A stretch of DNA of 64,000 bases from assembly GCA_965205865.1 (NCBI GenBank), contig CBDBHR010000028.1, positions 224,001 through 288,000 on the forward strand, in the 5' to 3' direction. Origin of the DNA: a bacterium (GTDB lineage Bacteria; SAR324; NAC60-12). Positions 1-8,283 of this stretch are shown here, in pieces (position 1 is the first letter of the stretch; the number at the start of each line of letters is the position of its first letter). Both the position numbers and the translations under genes were made by a program. A model generated the notes under the pieces. It searched no databases and had not been told where the DNA came from. It saw only the letters and a program-made list of their open reading frames with translations.

Positions 1-675
1 CCGGGGGAAGGAACCCCATTGCATTCTCAGGAAATCAAGTCTTTTTTATCCGGTTTTAAGCCTCATTGGGGAATCCTGGGAGAATTGAAAAAATACGGAT
101 TACAGCATTTGGAAGGACATGATCTTTCTTTCTATTCTGAAGGGACTCCCATGATCCGTTTTCTCCGGAAACACCGTCTGAAGCTGGTCATCTGCGTAGT
201 ATTTTTTATGCTTATGGTGGGAAGCTCGGGAGCCAACTATTTTCTGGAACTAAACTATTGGGAAAATGAGATAGCCCGAACCGAATCCCAATTGAATAAC
301 ATATTGCATCATCTGCTTCCAGACGATTCCAGCCTTGATATCCAAGCAGCCATTACTTTGTTGCAAACCCGAGTTTCACAAAAAAAGAAGCTCCAAAAGG
401 AAACACGTTTCAATCATCGCAAATACCACATCCTATCATTTATAAAAAAAATTTCTGCAGCATTGCCGGATGATGAATCTTTCAATATCAAAAGTATGGA
501 ACTGAACAACTCCCGTTTCAAAGTCACCGGGAACGCCGGTAGTTACGAAGATCTGGAAATCTTCACAAACAGACTGTCCGTATTCGAGGAATTCAAAGAC
601 AAAACCCTGCTTCCGGATTACCGGAAAAGCCAAGATAAAATTTTCTATACCATTACATTCAATCACCAACCATGA
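1..675 (+). CDS. gspL: Type II secretion GspL/PilN-like protein, C-terminal part (frame open to window edge)
   Basis: Single TM segment, coiled coil and PilN-like C-terminus (FKVTGNAGSYEDLEIFTNRL); directly upstream of gspM/N. Confidence 0.65.
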   Translation, partial: PGEGTPLHSQEIKSFLSGFKPHWGILGELKKYGLQHLEGHDLSFYSEGTPMIRFLRKHRLKLVICVVFFMLMVGSSGANYFLELNYWENEIARTESQLNNILHHLLPDDSSLDIQAAITLLQTRVSQKKKLQKETRFNHRKYHILSFIKKISAALPDDESFNIKSMELNNSRFKVTGNAGSYEDLEIFTNRLSVFEEFKDKTLLPDYRKSQDKIFYTITFNHQP

Positions 676-1154
676 GTTTATCACCACGGAAATGGATTTT
701 GATTGCCATCATGCTGATTTTGCTTGCTTTCACTGGCGGCACGTTCGGATTTCAGAAATTGCGGAACCATCGTGCCCAAATTCAGGCAAATCTTAGCTTG
801 AAGCAAAAACAACTGGAAATTTTGCAACTTCTGGAAAAAGAGTGGTTGGCATTGAATCGCAATCCCACGCTTCCGGTGATCCCTCAATCTTTGAATGCGT
901 CTCTTGAAAATATGGCCCGGCAATTGAATATTGGAGAGAAACTGCAATTGAACCCTATTCCCAAGCCGCCTTTGGGAATGGAAGGGATTCGGGTGCGGAT
1001 GAATCGGTTGAACCTCGATGAAATGTTTGATATTCTTTATTTTCTGGAAAATCATAAACCGGTTTTATTGATCGAGCAATGGGAAATTATAACCCTTCCC
1101 AGCTCCGCGTTGCTGCGTCTTTCTTTTCGTATTTTCAAACAGAAACCAGCATGA
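672..1154 (+). CDS. gspM: Type II secretion protein M
   Basis: N-terminal TM, coiled coil, GspM-like C-terminus; ATGA overlap with gspL. Confidence 0.65.
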   Translation: MSLSPRKWILIAIMLILLAFTGGTFGFQKLRNHRAQIQANLSLKQKQLEILQLLEKEWLALNRNPTLPVIPQSLNASLENMARQLNIGEKLQLNPIPKPPLGMEGIRVRMNRLNLDEMFDILYFLENHKPVLLIEQWEIITLPSSALLRLSFRIFKQKPA

Positions 1155-1226
1155 TGATGGCTCCAACGCTCTTCATGCCCATCCATGACCTCCTGCAGGA
1201 GGACAAACTTTGATGTTTTGGAGAAG

Positions 1227-2150
1227 ATGCTGGCTATGTGGTTCCGTAACGGATTGTTTTTGATTGTTTTTCTGCTTCTCGGCAGCCTCTTTTTGTTGTT
1301 GGGATTACAATACAATTTTCCAGGTCACGCCGTTGCCACTTATGCAGAACAGCAATTTGCGGCACACACGCCGTTTCAACTCCGGATTGCGCCCTTACAG
1401 TGGAAAAATCCGAAGAATCTGGTGAGCGATCGCGTCGTCGCGCTCGCTCCTCCCACGATTCCTCTCTCCCATCTTTTCGTTCTGGAAAACCTCCAGTTGG
1501 ATTTTCTTCCTTCATTGCCTTGGATTGATCCACGAAAAATACTGATGCCGGATTTGCAAGCACAGGCTTATGGGGGGCAAATCCTGGCAACCGTCAATCT
1601 CCTAAAACGGGAGAATGTGGAGTTAGCAATCAAAAAAATGACCTTGGATCATATCCCCGCTCTCCTTTTGATCCCTTACATCGAGTTGAAGGGTTTGCTT
1701 TGGTTGGATGCAAGCATCGACAATTTGCAAGAACTACAAAGTGGAGAGAGCATACTACCCAAGGGCAAAATAATCGCGAAACTGGAAAATACTCGGATCA
1801 TTGCGAAGAATCTGCAGGAATTGATTCCAGGAGGACTGACTCTCCCGGAATTAACGTTTCCGGAAATCCTTCTCGAATTGGATTACAATAATTCGCTCAC
1901 CATCCATCATATTCGCTTGACAGGAGCATTGGAGGGAACCATTGACGGAAAAATATTCTTGAACCAGCGCGATTTACCGGCATCACGCGTACAGTTGCAC
2001 TTGAAACTCAAATTGTCCGAAAAGACTGAACGGGAATTTGGTCCCTTGGCTCTCTTTTTTCGCGGATTCAAATGCGGCGATTTGATGGATTTTGATCTCT
2101 CCGGAACCCTGGGACGCTTGAACCCTCCCACAAAACGGGCATGTTCATGA
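1227..2150 (+). CDS. gspN: Type II secretion protein N
   Basis: N-terminal TM then beta-rich region ending LSGTLGRLNP; position after gspM; start chosen from upstream GGAG. Confidence 0.6.
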   Translation: MLAMWFRNGLFLIVFLLLGSLFLLLGLQYNFPGHAVATYAEQQFAAHTPFQLRIAPLQWKNPKNLVSDRVVALAPPTIPLSHLFVLENLQLDFLPSLPWIDPRKILMPDLQAQAYGGQILATVNLLKRENVELAIKKMTLDHIPALLLIPYIELKGLLWLDASIDNLQELQSGESILPKGKIIAKLENTRIIAKNLQELIPGGLTLPELTFPEILLELDYNNSLTIHHIRLTGALEGTIDGKIFLNQRDLPASRVQLHLKLKLSEKTEREFGPLALFFRGFKCGDLMDFDLSGTLGRLNPPTKRACS

Positions 2151-3202
2151 AAATAATCTCCCTTAAATTCGGGGTGTTTTTTTTCCTTTCCTCTCTTTTT
2201 ATTGGCAGCACGCTGGTCTATGAGACTTATACTTTTCTGCGCAATCCGGTGACGGACCAGCAAAAACCCCTGTCGAAAGTCATTGAAATCCCTCAGGGCG
2301 CAGGATTTGGACAAGTGGTGCGGATCTTGTCGGAAAACAATTTGATAGATCAGCCTTTGTATTTTCATCTATTGGCTTATTTTCGTAGCGCCTTCTCCCA
2401 AATCCAGGCCGGAGAATTTGAAATACAAGGTCACTGGACTCCCGGTCAGTTGCTGGATTACTTAGTACGGGGACGACCTCAATTGCACCGGGTGACCGTC
2501 CCGGAAGGATTGGTTTTCGAGGACATTGCGGCACGTCTGGAGCAAGCAGGAATGGGTGAAAGGGAAACATATCAGACCTTGAAAACTAGTCTGACCCTGC
2601 GAAAACTGGTGAAGATCACTTCTTCCGTGGAACACCCGGTCGTTCCCTCACTGGAGGGATTTTTATTTCCTGAAACCTACTTTTTCAGCAAAAATGCCTC
2701 TGAAACCACTATTTTGACGACCATGATCGAGCAGTTCAATCAGAACTACGCGGAGCTCAACCGTCAAAGAGCCATCAAGTTGGGGCTCAGCGACTATGAA
2801 GTGATCACCTTGGCTTCCATGGTCGAAAAAGAGACCGCCTCGGAGCATGATCGCTATTTGGTTTCTGCCGTGTTTCACAATCGTCTGAAAAAGAAGATGC
2901 GGCTCGAGAGTGACCCCACCGTGATTTATGGAATTGATAATTTTGATGGCAATCTGACCCACCACCACTTAAAAACACCAACGCCATATAATACTTATAC
3001 CAATTTTGGTTTGCCACCCGGTCCCATTTGCAATCCGGGAAAAGCGGCCATTCGAAGTACGCTGAATCCGGCAGATGTGGATTATCTCTATTTTGTGGCA
3101 CGAGGCGATGGCAGCAGTCAATTTTCTTCAAATTTGAAAAACCATAACGAAGCCGTGCAACAATATCAGAGAAACCGAAGAATAGCCTCAGGTCGTCTGT
3201 GA
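2147..3202 (+). CDS. mltG: Endolytic transglycosylase MltG (YceG)
   Basis: LEGFLFPETY, ASMVEKET, RLESDPTVIY, SPYNTY-like, GLPPGPICNPG motifs. Confidence 0.95.
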   Translation: MKIISLKFGVFFFLSSLFIGSTLVYETYTFLRNPVTDQQKPLSKVIEIPQGAGFGQVVRILSENNLIDQPLYFHLLAYFRSAFSQIQAGEFEIQGHWTPGQLLDYLVRGRPQLHRVTVPEGLVFEDIAARLEQAGMGERETYQTLKTSLTLRKLVKITSSVEHPVVPSLEGFLFPETYFFSKNASETTILTTMIEQFNQNYAELNRQRAIKLGLSDYEVITLASMVEKETASEHDRYLVSAVFHNRLKKKMRLESDPTVIYGIDNFDGNLTHHHLKTPTPYNTYTNFGLPPGPICNPGKAAIRSTLNPADVDYLYFVARGDGSSQFSSNLKNHNEAVQQYQRNRRIASGRL

Positions 3203-3236
3203 GGCATCCTGTTTTGCATTGCATCAATTAAATTCC

Positions 3237-4481
3237 ATGCCTCTTTATCAATACCGCGCATTTGATCACAACGAAAAACTCCACAAAGGGACCCATCATG
3301 CTTCCTCGGAAAGTGAAGTTCAGCAGTTTTTGCGATCCAACAATCTTTATCCAATTGAAATCAAACTCACCCGTTTTTCACGAAATAAAGAAAAAGGACA
3401 GTCTCGGGGCTCAATAGTAAACTGGCAAGCATGGGGTTTTTATAAAAGAAACCGGCACAAACAAGTCAGCATCTTCACTCGGCAGTTGCAGACTCTTCTG
3501 GAAGTGACGATTCCCTACGACAAGGCCTTGGAAATGATCATCGTGCAAACCGAAGATCCTGCATTTCAAAGCGTCCTTTCAGACATGCGGAGCAGAGTGA
3601 TGGAAGGGGCTCATCTGGCTGAAGCCATGGAACACTATCCGTCTGTCTTTTCTCGCATGTATGTCAGTATGGTTCGTTCCGGAGAGAACAGTGGAACACT
3701 GGGAGTGATCATGCATCGGCTGGCGAACTTTTATGAAAATCAGGAAAAACTGCGGAGCAAACTCAAATCAGCCATGATTTATCCCGCGTTTATGGTTTGC
3801 TTCAGCCTGTCCGTCATCACCTTCATGATGCTCTATATCGTGCCAAAAATCACGGCGGTTTTTCAAATACGAGGGGTGATCCTGCCCTTACCTACTCGAA
3901 TATTGATCGGAGTCAGTGAATTTCTCGCGGAGCATTGGTTCATTTCATTATGGGGATGCGGCTTCCTGTTCGCCGGCAGCGCTTACTTTCTGAAAACCCC
4001 CGCTGGCATGCGCTTCAAAGACAGGCTGAGCCTTGTCATTCCTCTCTTGAATCGACTGGTCATCAAAATATTGGTCTTTCGTTTTTGTCAAACCTTGGGG
4101 ACTTTGCTCAAGAGCGGAGTTGACCTCAAATCCGCCTTGGAAATTTCCAAACACGTGGTTGTCAATCACCTGTTTCTGGAAAGATTAAATCAACTGATTA
4201 GGGATGTTAATAACAAGGGAATCCCCCTTTCCGCAGCCATGCGGCGTGTTTCTTTTTTCCCGGACTACGTCTGTCACGTGGTCGCTATCGGTGAGCAGTC
4301 CGCCAAGGTGGACGAACTTCTCGAAAAAGTAGCGGACCAAATGGAAGTCGAAGTTTCTAATACAATGGAAGGGCTCACCTCCTTGTTGCAGCCTGTCATG
4401 ATTTTGATAATGGGAGGAATCATCGGATTCATTGCCGTGGCCATTTTATTACCGATGCTCACCATGAATCAATTGTTGTAA
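3237..4481 (+). CDS. gspF: Type II secretion inner membrane platform protein F
   Basis: MPLYQYRA start, FTRQL, GENSGTL, AMIYP, GEQSAK, LLPML motifs. Confidence 0.93.
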   Translation: MPLYQYRAFDHNEKLHKGTHHASSESEVQQFLRSNNLYPIEIKLTRFSRNKEKGQSRGSIVNWQAWGFYKRNRHKQVSIFTRQLQTLLEVTIPYDKALEMIIVQTEDPAFQSVLSDMRSRVMEGAHLAEAMEHYPSVFSRMYVSMVRSGENSGTLGVIMHRLANFYENQEKLRSKLKSAMIYPAFMVCFSLSVITFMMLYIVPKITAVFQIRGVILPLPTRILIGVSEFLAEHWFISLWGCGFLFAGSAYFLKTPAGMRFKDRLSLVIPLLNRLVIKILVFRFCQTLGTLLKSGVDLKSALEISKHVVVNHLFLERLNQLIRDVNNKGIPLSAAMRRVSFFPDYVCHVVAIGEQSAKVDELLEKVADQMEVEVSNTMEGLTSLLQPVMILIMGGIIGFIAVAILLPMLTMNQLL

Positions 4482-4494
4482 ATGACTCTACTTA

Positions 4495-4726
4495 ACCTGA
4501 GTTCGAGATAATAATTTAATAATTTCAATATGTCATGGAATCTTCATATCTTAGAGAAAGCTTGTCATTCCTGCGAGATCCCTGCGTACGCAGGGAAGGA
4601 ATCCGGAGGTATACAGCCAGACTGAAATCCGGATCCCCGCTCCCCGCTTTCGCGGGGACAAGTTTCGCGAGGATGACGTCTACACCAGGATACTCATCTT
4701 ATTGAAGATTTATGTCGAACTCGGGT
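4495..4726. mobile_element. MITE with terminal inverted repeats enclosing a GTCATTCC-type REP doublet
   Basis: TIRs ACCTGAGTTCGAGATAA / TTATGTCGAACTCGGGT; 6-bp direct repeat TACTTA at 4489-4494 and 4727-4732; internal palindromes GTCATTCC...GGATGAC at 4564-4677. Confidence 0.8.
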
Positions 4727-4826
4727 TACTTAAGGTGAAGGGAGAGAAAAGAATTTTTTCGACTATTTCCCAGAGAAGCGGTACTATGAATTCAGCAAAC
4801 CTCTTTCTGCAGATTCAAGGTTTCAT

Positions 4827-5279
4827 ATGAAAGTTCTCAAGCAAAAAAAATCCCTTGCAAAACGAAGAAAACGTAATGGATTCAGCTTCATCGAAATCAT
4901 GGTGGTCATTATCATCATCGGATTGTTAGCAACCATCGTGGGGGTCAATCTGCTCCCTTCGGTTGATGAAGCAAAAATCAAAATCAGTATTGCCAATATC
5001 CGCAGTTTGGAAGCAGCCTTGGATTTGTATCGTCTTCACAACGCCACCTATCCCAGTACGGAACAAGGACTGAAAGCATTGAAGGAAAAACCGGAAGTTG
5101 GCAGAATCCCTGAGCAATGGAATGGACCCTATCTTAAAAATAAGCTGCCTCAGGATGGCTGGAGCCGGGATTATACATATTCCAGCGACGGGCAAACCTA
5201 CGAAATCAACTCCATGGGTAATGATGGCGTCGAAGGCGGAACGGATGCAAACGCAGATCTCTCTTCCCGTGACATCTGA
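4827..5279 (+). CDS. gspG: Major pseudopilin G
   Basis: GFSFIEIMVV prepilin motif, ALDLYRLHN, YPSTEQGL, WNGPYL, DGWSRDY. Confidence 0.95.
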   Translation: MKVLKQKKSLAKRRKRNGFSFIEIMVVIIIIGLLATIVGVNLLPSVDEAKIKISIANIRSLEAALDLYRLHNATYPSTEQGLKALKEKPEVGRIPEQWNGPYLKNKLPQDGWSRDYTYSSDGQTYEINSMGNDGVEGGTDANADLSSRDI

Positions 5280-5832
5280 TCCACAATCATTTCGTTTAAC
5301 GCCAGGAAAACGCTTTGCCGGATTCTCATTCCTGGAAATGATGATCGTGCTGTTTCTGTTAGGCCTTTTGGCGACTTTTGCCGCACCCCAGTTTATTACC
5401 GCCATCGAAAAAACCAGGGATACGGAGTTTCGCCATTTGACCCGGGTACTCAACCTGCTGCGCAATGAATCCATCTTGGGGAATAAGCGTTTTTTTATTA
5501 TTTTTGATCCCAAAGAACAGAAATTCCATATTGAACTACAGCGCAAAGAGGGAGGACGGATTGAGGTGGAAAATCCCCGTATCTTGAGACCTCACAGCTT
5601 TGCGGAGAACTTCCATTTAGAGAATATTTCTTTGACGGTTCAAGCTCCTTCCAGCCGGGCCCAATGGATTTTAATGGAAACTTCCATCAAAAAACCGGTG
5701 GCCATCCGGATCGACAGCTCCGGATTTGTCACTCCATTCATGCTATTCTTTTCCGTTGGTAAAAAGATTTGGGTCATTCAAAGCAAAGATATCTTGGGTC
5801 ATCTGGAAATGAAGGAGCTCCAAGATGCATGA
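5269..5832 (+). CDS. gspH: Minor pseudopilin H
   Basis: GFSFLEMMIV motif; GTG start overlapping the gspG end is inferred. Confidence 0.75.
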   Translation: MTSDPQSFRLTPGKRFAGFSFLEMMIVLFLLGLLATFAAPQFITAIEKTRDTEFRHLTRVLNLLRNESILGNKRFFIIFDPKEQKFHIELQRKEGGRIEVENPRILRPHSFAENFHLENISLTVQAPSSRAQWILMETSIKKPVAIRIDSSGFVTPFMLFFSVGKKIWVIQSKDILGHLEMKELQDA

Positions 5833-6223
5833 CCCGCAAAAAGAGATGGAACCAGTAAAAGGATTTACCTTGCTTGAAGTGCTGATCGCCTTGAGTATTT
5901 TAACGATGGTCCTTATCACAATCTATCAATCCTTCTCCTCCTCTGTCTTCTTGCTTTCTTCCACGAAAAACCTTTGGAACGCCATGACCCATACCCAAAA
6001 TGAATTGACGAGGTGGGAACGCAGTGTCAACGCGCCGATTTCCATCGCGCAAGGTACTTTCGAGGAAGATCATGAGTTGGCGGGTTTCAATTGGATACGG
6101 GAAATTTCCGATGTTTCTCCTTTTCCAGGAGTATTTGTCAGAAAAGTGGAATATGAGATTCAATGGCAGGAAGGGGGGCAGGATTATTCATACGATGCCG
6201 AAATTTACATCCACCCCGACTGA
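5825..6223 (+). CDS. gspI: Minor pseudopilin I
   Basis: GFTLLEVLIAL motif, size and gene order. Confidence 0.8.
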   Translation: MHDPQKEMEPVKGFTLLEVLIALSILTMVLITIYQSFSSSVFLLSSTKNLWNAMTHTQNELTRWERSVNAPISIAQGTFEEDHELAGFNWIREISDVSPFPGVFVRKVEYEIQWQEGGQDYSYDAEIYIHPD

Positions 6224-6968
6224 TTCTCTGATCATTCAAAATGGATTTTCTTTGCTGGAGGCGTTGGTCGCGATTGTTTTGCTTTCAACCATCTTAGCAT
6301 TGCTTTACAACGCATTTTTTCAAATTTCCGATGCCACCAAAGATATTGCTGACTCCCTGAAAGCTGAACAGGAACTGCGCCTGTTGATGAAAATCGTCTT
6401 AGATGACCTGCAAGCGGTCCAATTCTTGGAACGCTTGATCGTGCATAACCATGCGGATGAAGCGGAATATTATCACACGGGAATATTTTCACGAAGAATT
6501 TCCGGCCCGGATGAAAAGAGGGTCAATTTCATTCATTTCCATACGGCCATTCCCACTCGTTTTTTTCCCCAAGCGATTGAACTGGAGAAAGATCCGGAAC
6601 TGCATGAAGTGGAATATTATCTGGATTTTGATGCCTTTTCCCAAAAATGGCTTTTCAAACGTCGGGAAGATTTTTATGTCGATGCTGATATCTCTGAAGG
6701 AGGAATTGAACAAATCTTGTCAGAATCGGTGGTAGGCTTTGATTTGCAGTTCATGGAGCAAAATATCTTACAAGCTAATGGGGAACTTCGGGAAGTTTGG
6801 GTGGAAGAATGGGATTCTCGAGAAGGTGACTGCACTGCCACGCCCCAGCCCGGAAAAATCCCCTGCTTGCCCTTAGCAGTTCGATTAACGATGGCTCTGA
6901 AAAGGCAAAACAACTTGATCGTCTCCGACGTCTTGGAGGTCAACTTGCCCTTATCGTTACAACAATAA
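6195..6968 (+). CDS. gspJ: Minor pseudopilin J
   Basis: GFSLLEALVAI motif, W..EWDS and LPLAVRLT C-terminal motifs; start uncertain. Confidence 0.8.
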   Translation: MPKFTSTPTDSLIIQNGFSLLEALVAIVLLSTILALLYNAFFQISDATKDIADSLKAEQELRLLMKIVLDDLQAVQFLERLIVHNHADEAEYYHTGIFSRRISGPDEKRVNFIHFHTAIPTRFFPQAIELEKDPELHEVEYYLDFDAFSQKWLFKRREDFYVDADISEGGIEQILSESVVGFDLQFMEQNILQANGELREVWVEEWDSREGDCTATPQPGKIPCLPLAVRLTMALKRQNNLIVSDVLEVNLPLSLQQ

Positions 6969-7125
6969 GACTCTTCAGAATTTTAAATTGGTAAGCGCAT
7001 CCCAAACTGTTTGGGAGTCTGTCCGCAGTTCAATCCTCTTCTCTATTTGTATGGAACTCTCCTGACGTCATAGAAAAATCAGATTTTTAGTACAGATCAT
7101 ATCATCCGCACTTCAAGGCACTTTT

Positions 7126-7434
7126 TTACGCAGTTTCATAGATTTCCAGAACAGAACTTTCGACAAAATCCTTAACACGTTCGCGGTATGCTGTCAAGTG
7201 GTCAGTTACAAGATGAGCTTTCAAGGCGTCGAGGTTCTCCCAACGTTCAATGATAATGATTACATCCTCTCCGGCCAGACGCTGGGCATCGAGGCCCGTT
7301 TTGGCATCGAAGGTCGGTCCATATTCTATGCATCCCTGTTCGCTCAACACTTGCGGAACGACCTTTTTGAACTCGGTCAAAAAGTCATCACGCCTACCAG
7401 CCGTGGTTTTTACCTTTGCGATTACGTGGATCAT
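7126..7434 (-). CDS. Antibiotic biosynthesis monooxygenase / quinol monooxygenase family protein
   Basis: 102 aa; EQGCIEYGP, IIERWENLDALKAHL. Confidence 0.88.
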   Translation of the reverse strand: MIHVIAKVKTTAGRRDDFLTEFKKVVPQVLSEQGCIEYGPTFDAKTGLDAQRLAGEDVIIIIERWENLDALKAHLVTDHLTAYRERVKDFVESSVLEIYETA

Positions 7435-7983
7435 GGTTCACTTTCAGAATGGACGGTGAGTGAGTCCGTGTTATACTTTGTCGAAGACTTTCCCCGATAG
7501 GAAAATCAAATTTTACCACCGGCCATATTATCTGAAAATTGGAGTAAAGAGAAATTAAATGGGAAGATTTTTCAATGGGAAAATGTATGTTGGAAGTTGA
7601 TGAGAAAAAGCAAACAATTTTATACTGACATTCCTCAAAAAACCTACAACTATTCCTCACCTCGAAAAATGAAAATACTTGGAAATGGAGAGGTAGACTT
7701 CCCGACAAACCGTGATTCGACGTCTGGCGGTAAAATGGCCGACTGTCGTGGTTTTGATGAAGACGGATTCCTACGATTGCCCTGGAGACCCGATTTTTCG
7801 CGCATTTGTCCACCAGTAGTAAAAAAGAGAGAGGGTTTCAACCCGTAATAACACTGAATTGCGAGAATTTTAAAATTCACGCCGGATCTTGCACCGCACA
7901 CTTGCGTCTCTCCCGAGATCATGGTAAAAGTATAGTGGTTGCTTAGACCTTTTCATCAATTAAATTTCAGATTCAGGAGGAAT

Positions 7984-8271
7984 ATGACGAAAGCAGAATT
8001 AATTGCAGCCATTGCTATTGAAGTAAATGGTACAAAAGCTAGCGCGGAACGGCATTTGAACGCCACGCTGGGTGTAATCCAAAAAACGTTGAAGAAAGGA
8101 GACACTATTCCTTTAGTAGGATTTGGTACATTTTCGGTTGTCAAGCGCAAAGCAAGAAGAGGACGCCATCCCCAAACTGGCGCCGTTTTGAAAATTCCTT
8201 CAAACAAAGTCGTGAAATTTTCAGCCGGGAAAACTTTGAGAGAAACCGTCCATAAAAAACGGAAAAAATAG
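7984..8271 (+). CDS. hup: Histone-like DNA-binding protein HU
   Basis: MTKAELI, LVGFGTF, RKARRGRHPQTG; AGGAGG RBS. Confidence 0.95.
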   Translation: MTKAELIAAIAIEVNGTKASAERHLNATLGVIQKTLKKGDTIPLVGFGTFSVVKRKARRGRHPQTGAVLKIPSNKVVKFSAGKTLRETVHKKRKK

Positions 8272-8283
8272 CTCTTCTTTTAA

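Noticed and set aside
7723-7817. Possible MITE with CTGG...CCAG ends
   Set aside because: The inverted repeat is too imperfect and there is no second copy in the window
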